Shown here: positions 58,992 through 64,000 of the stretch, piece by piece
How the letters are laid out: the number at the start of each line of letters is the position of its first letter
Position numbering within the stretch: position 1 is the first letter of the stretch
Assembly (NCBI GenBank): GCA_046597065.1
Contig: JBKJLI010000003.1
Location: forward strand, 2,807 to 66,806
Source: Candidatus Saccharimonadia bacterium
GTDB lineage: Bacteria > Patescibacteriota > Saccharimonadia > UBA4664 > SCTI01
DNA length: 64,000 nt
Direction of reading: 5' to 3'
Position numbers and translations under genes: made by a program
The notes under the pieces: model-generated
What the model was told of the DNA's origin: nothing
The model's input: only the letters and a program-made list of their open reading frames with translations
Database searches by the model: none

Positions 58992-59276
58992 TCAAAGTGA
59001 CAAAAAGCTGGGGGAAAACTGAGGGTATCTTGTGGGCAAGGTCCCTCTTTTTGTTGGGCCGGTTAGCATCCTGGGGAAAAACCATAACAACTTTACCCAG
59101 TTTGGCCCCAACTCGTCCCCTAAACCGTAAGCAGTTTTCCCATTGGCTGGGGACGCAAAAAGGTTTAACTCAAGCTAAAAACCAGGGCTTTCCCCACTAT
59201 CCCCACCCCCTACTACTACCCCAACTTATTTTAAAAATTACTAAAGTATAATATTAGTCACGAAAGGTGTGGATTA
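58992..59276. promoter_or_regulatory. oriC part B (dnaA-dnaN intergenic): cluster of TT(T/A)TCCCC(A/C)-type boxes, a TGTGGATTA box abutting dnaN, and an AT-rich DUE candidate (TTATTTTAAAAATTACTAAAGTATAATATTAGTC, ~59222..59256)
   Basis: TGGGGGAAAA (59011) and TGGGGAAAAA (59074) are the reverse complement of TTTTCCCCA. TTTCCCCAC and TATCCCCAC lie at ~59187..59210. TGTGGATTA at ~59265 matches the reverse complement of TTATCCACA at 8 of 9 positions. The 87-aa ORF 58988..59251 is regarded as non-coding. Confidence 0.5.
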
Positions 59277-60383
59277 ATGAAACTCAGCGTCACCCAAGAA
59301 AATCTGAATAAGGCTCTAGCTTCAGTGGGGCGAGTTGTTAGTAACCGCGCCAGTCTGCCGGTATTAAGTAATGTCTTATTAAGTGCCGATTCTAGCCAAC
59401 TTAGAATTGCCGCAACCAATTTAGAGATTGGAATAAACTACTGGATTGGCGGCAAGGTCGAAGAAAAGGGCGCCTTAACTGTACCGGCAAGGTTGTTGGG
59501 CGAGTTCGTGGGTAATCTTCCAGCCGGTAATTTAGAGCTCAGCGCCGAGGATTCCAACTTAAGTGTTAAAGCCAAACACCACAATTCGCACATTAACGGC
59601 ATATCGGCCGAGGACTTCCCTTTAATTCCAGAGGTTAAGGGTGAGCCGGTTTTAACCCTAGAGTGTCAGCCGTTTAAAGAGGCTATTGCCGAAGTGGTTC
59701 TGGCGGCTGCGCTAGATGAAAGCCGACCGGTTTTGGCTGGAGTTTTAATGCGGATTGAAGATGGAGAGTTAATCATGGCCGCCACCGACAGCTTTCGCCT
59801 GGCCGAACGTCGCATAAAGCTGCCTAAGGGTCATAAAGGTGAGTTAGACGTAATTGTTCCGGCTCGTACCATGCAAGTGCTGGTGCGGATTCTGGGTGAC
59901 AGTGAGGGCGAGGCCAGTATGCACGTAGCCGACAGCCAGGTGTTATTTAGACTCGAAAATGTTGAGTTGGTTTCGCGCACCATCGATGGCACCTACCCCA
60001 ACTACCCCCAAATAATCCCAGCTACCGAGGAAACCAACGCCACCGTTAATGTGGCTGAATTAACTCGCATCACTAAGATGGCTAATCTGTTTGCCCGCGA
60101 AAATGGCGGCGGCGTTAAGGTTGAGGTTCAAGCCGAAGGCGAGATTAGGATTATGGCGGCGGCCAGTCAAGTTGGCGAAAACACCTCTAGCGCCGACTGC
60201 GAGGTGGCTGGTGATGACGCCGAAATTTCGATTAATGCTCGCTTTTTAACCGACGCCTTAGGGGTTATAAAAACCGAAAAGGTCAGCTTTAGCACCAGCG
60301 GCAAGCTTAACCCCTGCGTGCTGCGGCCGGTTGGCAACAACACCCACGACTATCTTCACATTATTATGCCGCTGCGCTCTTAG
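59277..60383 (+). CDS. dnaN: DNA polymerase III beta subunit (sliding clamp)
   Basis: 368 aa, three-domain clamp. N-terminal MKLSVTQENLNKAL... Position after dnaA. Confidence 0.9.
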   Translation: MKLSVTQENLNKALASVGRVVSNRASLPVLSNVLLSADSSQLRIAATNLEIGINYWIGGKVEEKGALTVPARLLGEFVGNLPAGNLELSAEDSNLSVKAKHHNSHINGISAEDFPLIPEVKGEPVLTLECQPFKEAIAEVVLAAALDESRPVLAGVLMRIEDGELIMAATDSFRLAERRIKLPKGHKGELDVIVPARTMQVLVRILGDSEGEASMHVADSQVLFRLENVELVSRTIDGTYPNYPQIIPATEETNATVNVAELTRITKMANLFARENGGGVKVEVQAEGEIRIMAAASQVGENTSSADCEVAGDDAEISINARFLTDALGVIKTEKVSFSTSGKLNPCVLRPVGNNTHDYLHIIMPLRS

Positions 60384-60410
60384 CGGCTGCCGTTTAAATA
60401 AGATCAGACC

Positions 60411-61457
60411 GTGATTAAACGGCTTTCATTAACCAACTTTCGCTCCTACGCCAACACCAGCTTTGATTTTGGCCCACTGGTTACGGTTGTTGTGGGTCCT
60501 AACGCTACTGGTAAGACCAACTTGCTAGAGGCTGTGTTTGTACTAGCAACCACCCGCAGCTTTAGAGCCAAAGATCCAGAGTTAATTAACCATCAAGCCG
60601 ACTTTTACCGGATTGTGGCCGCCACCCCAAATGGTGAAATTGCCTTAGGCTATCAAAACAGCGATACCACTACCAAAAAGGCCCAGCACGACGGCGCCAA
60701 CCAAACCCTTATGCAGCATTTAGGCCACCTGCGTACCGTGCTGTTTGAGCCCAACGACTTACAGTTAATTTCTGGTGCGCCAGATCGCCGCCGCCGCTAC
60801 CTGGATTTTATCCTCACCCAAACCCAACCCAACTACTTAAAAACCCTGCATCAGTACCGAAGGGTGTTGCAACAACGCAACCGTCTGCTTTCCGACTGGC
60901 ATGGCAATGATGGCGAGCTGTTTGCCTGGAACCTTAAACTGACCGAACTGGCTACCGACATCGACACCGCACGCCGCACGCTCGTAGAGCATCTAAACCA
61001 GCGCATACCCACACTGTATGCAGAAATTGCCGGTAAGCCAGCCCAACTCGAACTAATCTACCTGGGCAGCGCCGATGCGATTAACTACTCCGATACCTTT
61101 TTGGCTCGGCTTGAATCCAACCTGTCGCGCGACATTGGTGCCGGCTTTACCACCATTGGCCCCCACCGCGACGATCTAGAGATCCGCTTTAAACAGGCCA
61201 GTACCACAGCCGTGGCCAGCCGCGGCGAAATGCGCACGGTAGTGCTGGCGCTAAAGTTTGCCGAGCTGGAATACATTCACAAACACTCTGGCATCTCCCC
61301 CATTCTTTTACTCGACGATGTTTTTAGTGAGCTCGACGGACGCCGCCGCGAGTACTTAATTAACCGGCTAGATAGCCACCAAGCTATAATTACCACAACC
61401 GACGCCGATACCAGCAAGCGCTTAGACGGAGCCACCGTAATCGAGACTAAACTATGA
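60411..61457 (+). CDS. recF: DNA replication and repair protein RecF
   Basis: N-terminus MIKRLSLTNFRSYANTSFDFGPLVTVVVGPNATGKTNLLEA (Walker A). SMC-like signature and Walker B (LLLDDVFSELD). Confidence 0.9.
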   Translation: MIKRLSLTNFRSYANTSFDFGPLVTVVVGPNATGKTNLLEAVFVLATTRSFRAKDPELINHQADFYRIVAATPNGEIALGYQNSDTTTKKAQHDGANQTLMQHLGHLRTVLFEPNDLQLISGAPDRRRRYLDFILTQTQPNYLKTLHQYRRVLQQRNRLLSDWHGNDGELFAWNLKLTELATDIDTARRTLVEHLNQRIPTLYAEIAGKPAQLELIYLGSADAINYSDTFLARLESNLSRDIGAGFTTIGPHRDDLEIRFKQASTTAVASRGEMRTVVLALKFAELEYIHKHSGISPILLLDDVFSELDGRRREYLINRLDSHQAIITTTDADTSKRLDGATVIETKL

Positions 61458-61708
61458 GTGATGATTTAAAAGACTATTTGGCCAAAAAAGCCACTCAACT
61501 GGGCCTTGAACGCGAAGATCAACTTGGCGAGATCCAAGCCTTCTTAAACCAGCTCCACCCCAACACCTACCGTGCCACCACCATTAATAATGGGGTATTA
61601 AAAATCGTAACTGCGAGCGCCCCCGCCGCCAGCGACCTCCGCCACAATCAGGTAGAACTACTCAGCCGTTTTGATTACGTAAAGCGTTTGGCAATTGTTA
61701 TCGGGTAG
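61454..61708 (+). CDS. DUF721 domain protein (DciA-like, candidate helicase operator)
   Basis: 84 aa overlapping the recF stop. NNGVLKIVTASAPAASDLRHNQVELLSRF resembles the DUF721 core (GxLxVxVxSsaWAxEL...LL..LN). Conserved dnaN/recF neighbourhood. Confidence 0.45.
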   Translation: MSDDLKDYLAKKATQLGLEREDQLGEIQAFLNQLHPNTYRATTINNGVLKIVTASAPAASDLRHNQVELLSRFDYVKRLAIVIG

Positions 61709-62431
61709 CTAATCGCCTCCGGTAGGCTCGCCACCACTTGGCGGATCGGTGCTAAGAGTCGGTTTATAAGTTACCTTGTAGTCAGATAATTTAAACCCGT
61801 GGTCAGTAATAAATTTATTCGCCTCATTTCGATACTGGGAGGTTGTTTGTGCGAATGCTGCCTGTTGTTCAGGTCGGTTCAAGATGGCGTAGGTCGTTAC
61901 ATTGATATTGAGTGAACTGTCAGGGTTAACTGTATAATCGATTTTAAAATGAGACTCTTCGTGTGGAAGGTACTGCACTAATGGTTGTTTCTTTTCCAAA
62001 GAATCGGTTTGTTTATTTACTCTGTCTTTTTCTTCTTTAGATAGGTCTGTATAGCCCTTGTACTTGATCTTGAATTTTAAAACAAAGCTACCTAATTCGT
62101 CTCCCTTAGTGCTTCTCGGTTTGACTATTGTTAGGCTATACTTTTCACCAATTTTCAAACTGGTTGAGGGTCTAAAAATCACATCCTTTCCGGAAAGGGA
62201 GAATTTCCCTTCGACATAAGGCGAAATCTTAATGCCCTTTAAGGTACTGGAATCCAGATCGCGGTTAAAACGGACCGATATATCTTGGGCATAATTGGCA
62301 TCACCATTTTGAGAAGGGTTACTCGACACGGCTCTAAAAACCAAAGCATCGAAAACCAGGTAACCAGCAATAATAAGAGCCAGTGCGGCAACCCCACCAA
62401 TTAAATACTTTCTCACTTCTGGTGCCCCCAT
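61709..62431 (-). CDS. Membrane-anchored extracytoplasmic protein (hypothetical) with Pro/Gly-rich C-terminus
   Basis: N-terminal TM (LIGGVAALALIIAGYLVF), about 190 aa beta-rich region, ending DPPSGGEPTGGD. Confidence 0.4.
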   Translation of the reverse strand: MGAPEVRKYLIGGVAALALIIAGYLVFDALVFRAVSSNPSQNGDANYAQDISVRFNRDLDSSTLKGIKISPYVEGKFSLSGKDVIFRPSTSLKIGEKYSLTIVKPRSTKGDELGSFVLKFKIKYKGYTDLSKEEKDRVNKQTDSLEKKQPLVQYLPHEESHFKIDYTVNPDSSLNINVTTYAILNRPEQQAAFAQTTSQYRNEANKFITDHGFKLSDYKVTYKPTLSTDPPSGGEPTGGD

Positions 62432-63606
62432 CCCTTTATGGTATTGTCCGATCGGTAGTTGCTGTATTTTCTTCTGGCCACCCTGTTACTCGTGTTCCCC
62501 TCGATTGTTGTTACCTCGCCGCCAGACACACTCTCGACAATACCAATATGAGTGTCATTGCCGGACTCGTCACCACTATGGTTGAAGTCAATAATATCTC
62601 CCGGCCTTGGAGTTGGAGCGCCTGGTTTGTTTTGATAATACACTCCATTAGCCTGCATCCAGGCAACAACTCCTGCTACCGCCGGCAGCCTCCAGCCCCC
62701 ACTTTCGCCCCCAGTAAACGGCTTGCCGGCCTGCTTGTATACCCAGCTTAAGAAATCGGCACACCAAAATTCAGGATGGTTATCGGTGTATGTGTTAATG
62801 GGACCGCCACAGTTACATCCGTCCGGACTTTCTTGAACATTTTTGGCCAACTCTTGCCTGGCCACATCAACAATACTGCCACCCCCCGATCCGCTACAGA
62901 CCCCGCCATCAATTCCCACTAATGCCGCAAAAACCGTAACTGCCCCTAAGTTGCTATCCTTGCCATTAACTGGTTCGTAGGGGGGATTGTAGGGCCATGA
63001 CATGTCATTGTGGCTACTATCATATTGATTCATAGCATATGGTGATTTATCGGGATCTATGCCTCCTTGTTTGTAGAGGCCGCCTCTATTGTAGGCGACA
63101 AATATCTTCTTCAGCTCATCAACTGAGTTGCTTTTACCGACTTTTACACCATAGACGTTTTGGGCATTATCCTTCATTAACTTTGCTGCGTAAGTCGCCC
63201 CTTCTTTGACGGTATGTATTACTAATCCAGGGTGGTCTGGATTTGGACTGCCAAGAGGCTCTCCGGCCAATGGCGAGGTATTTGGGTCGTTATGGTTTTC
63301 GCGGTAATGAACCGCTGCAATAAACTGCCATGGTACTCCCTCGGCTTCGGCGGCCTGGTAATCACTTTGCAATTTATTTATGGCATCAACCGTGGATTTG
63401 GGAAGATTGACACTAGTAGGAACCGATCCACTGCAGGTGCCTCCTTCGGTTGAGTAAAATTCGGATCCGTGGCTTACTGATCTAACATCTTCTTTTGAAA
63501 CCGTGGTTGCAAAGGTGATGTTCGGGAATCCAATAGCCATAAATAGCATGAAAAATAGAATGGTTTTTTTCATCACTGGGCGTACCCCGTTGATCCAGGG
63601 CCGCAC
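62413..63606 (-). CDS. Secreted peptidoglycan hydrolase: N-terminal lysozyme/lytic-transglycosylase-like domain + C-terminal CHAP (Cys/His amidohydrolase/peptidase) domain
   Basis: Signal peptide. AEAEGVPWQFIAAVHYRENHNDP block is similar to the N-domain of the 764-aa protein. The C-terminus has a CHAP pattern: Cys in FWCADFLSWVYKQAG and His in GNDTHIGIVESV. Confidence 0.55.
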   Translation of the reverse strand: MRPWINGVRPVMKKTILFFMLFMAIGFPNITFATTVSKEDVRSVSHGSEFYSTEGGTCSGSVPTSVNLPKSTVDAINKLQSDYQAAEAEGVPWQFIAAVHYRENHNDPNTSPLAGEPLGSPNPDHPGLVIHTVKEGATYAAKLMKDNAQNVYGVKVGKSNSVDELKKIFVAYNRGGLYKQGGIDPDKSPYAMNQYDSSHNDMSWPYNPPYEPVNGKDSNLGAVTVFAALVGIDGGVCSGSGGGSIVDVARQELAKNVQESPDGCNCGGPINTYTDNHPEFWCADFLSWVYKQAGKPFTGGESGGWRLPAVAGVVAWMQANGVYYQNKPGAPTPRPGDIIDFNHSGDESGNDTHIGIVESVSGGEVTTIEGNTSNRVARRKYSNYRSDNTIKGWGHQK

Positions 63607-63977
63607 TTACCAGCGCTTGTATCTAGTGAGCGACCATCGCTTGGTAGGTAATCCAGGGGGTTCAGTGTTCCGGGGTTAGCCGCATTCCCAAGAGCACCGG
63701 CTTGGTCTTGGATATTGAAGTGTAGGTGAGGGCCCTTTGAGCCACCAGTGTTTCCGGTTTTGCCAATCACATCGCCTTGCTTTACCTTTTGACCTACCGA
63801 AACACCAATTTCATTTAAATGGCCATACAGGGTCCATCTGCCATTACCATGATTTATAACTACCATATTTCCATAACCAGACGGATCTTGGGTGCCGTTA
63901 GCAATTTCAACTGTCCCATCGGCTGATGCATGAGCGGGTGTGCCAATAGGTGCGGTAATATCTATACCTGCGTGCAA
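63573..63977 (-). CDS. M23-family (LytM-type) peptidase, partial: N-terminus lies beyond the right window edge
   Basis: HAGIDITAPIGTP (HxxxD) and GNTGGSKGPHLHFNI (HxH) are the two M23 zinc motifs. The frame is open to the window end. Confidence 0.7.
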   Translation of the reverse strand: MHAGIDITAPIGTPAHASADGTVEIANGTQDPSGYGNMVVINHGNGRWTLYGHLNEIGVSVGQKVKQGDVIGKTGNTGGSKGPHLHFNIQDQAGALGNAANPGTLNPLDYLPSDGRSLDTSAGKCGPGSTGYAQ

Positions 63978-64000
63978 GTGATTGCCTCGGTCATTTTTCC

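Noticed and set aside
58988-59251. 87-aa plus-strand ORF between dnaA and dnaN
   Set aside because: Lies wholly inside the box-rich, AT-rich oriC spacer. No RBS. Composition is dictated by repeated TGGGGAAAA motifs. Treated as non-coding origin DNA.

Overview
This 64 kb window looks like a small-genome, roughly 50% GC bacterium. The gene content (phosphoketolase/acetate-kinase fermentation, type IV pilin-like gene, many secreted muralytic enzymes, minimal KhpB/YidC) is compatible with a Candidatus Saccharibacteria/CPR-like organism, but that assignment is low-confidence inference. Hand-mapped coordinates (RNA gene, repeats, boxes) are accurate to about ±2 nt. Features whose coordinates coincide with a six-frame ORF (including called partial/edge CDS) use the ORF-track coordinates.

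The chromosomal replication-origin neighbourhood is present: jag(khpB)-yidC-rnpA-rpmH on the minus strand, then dnaA-dnaN-recF-DUF721 on the plus strand. Box-like repeats sit on both sides of dnaA, with an AT-rich tract just before dnaN.

Other backbone content:
- An F1Fo ATP synthase operon atpFHAGDC with no adjacent atpB/atpE.
- A metal-handling/redox block: CNNM/CorB, ZIP permease, DUF4352, a secreted Pro/Thr-linker cytochrome-b5-domain protein, a NOX/ferric-reductase flavocytochrome, and DsbB-DsbA.
- A histidine kinase/OmpR pair.
- An xfp-ackA phosphoketolase operon.
- An ABC-F ATPase.
- cfa, and lexA preceded by a VanW-like gene.

The most unusual structure is a tRNA-Asn(GTT) gene followed by five same-strand single-gene cassettes at about 25.2-28.4 kb: SGNH hydrolase, GNAT, histidine phosphatase, prepilin-like protein, ASCH protein. 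Each cassette is preceded by a conserved leader module of about 55-80 nt. The module carries the last ~9 nt of the tRNA and a hairpin whose stem variation is compensatory. A sixth, hairpin-less copy lies at 33.35 kb.

The second half of the window is a roughly 21 kb GDP-fucose/glycan locus: manC-NUDIX, a PMI-like gene, fcl, gmd, Wzm/Wzt ABC exporter with a C-terminal extension on Wzt, three methyltransferase genes (one fused to a glycosyltransferase), six GT2/GT4 genes, one Wzy_C (ligase/O-OTase-like) gene and two GT-C membrane transferases. A gene pair encoding a small anchored protein and a 764-aa secreted protein with four tandem repeats precedes it. The window ends with CHAP and M23 peptidoglycan hydrolases.
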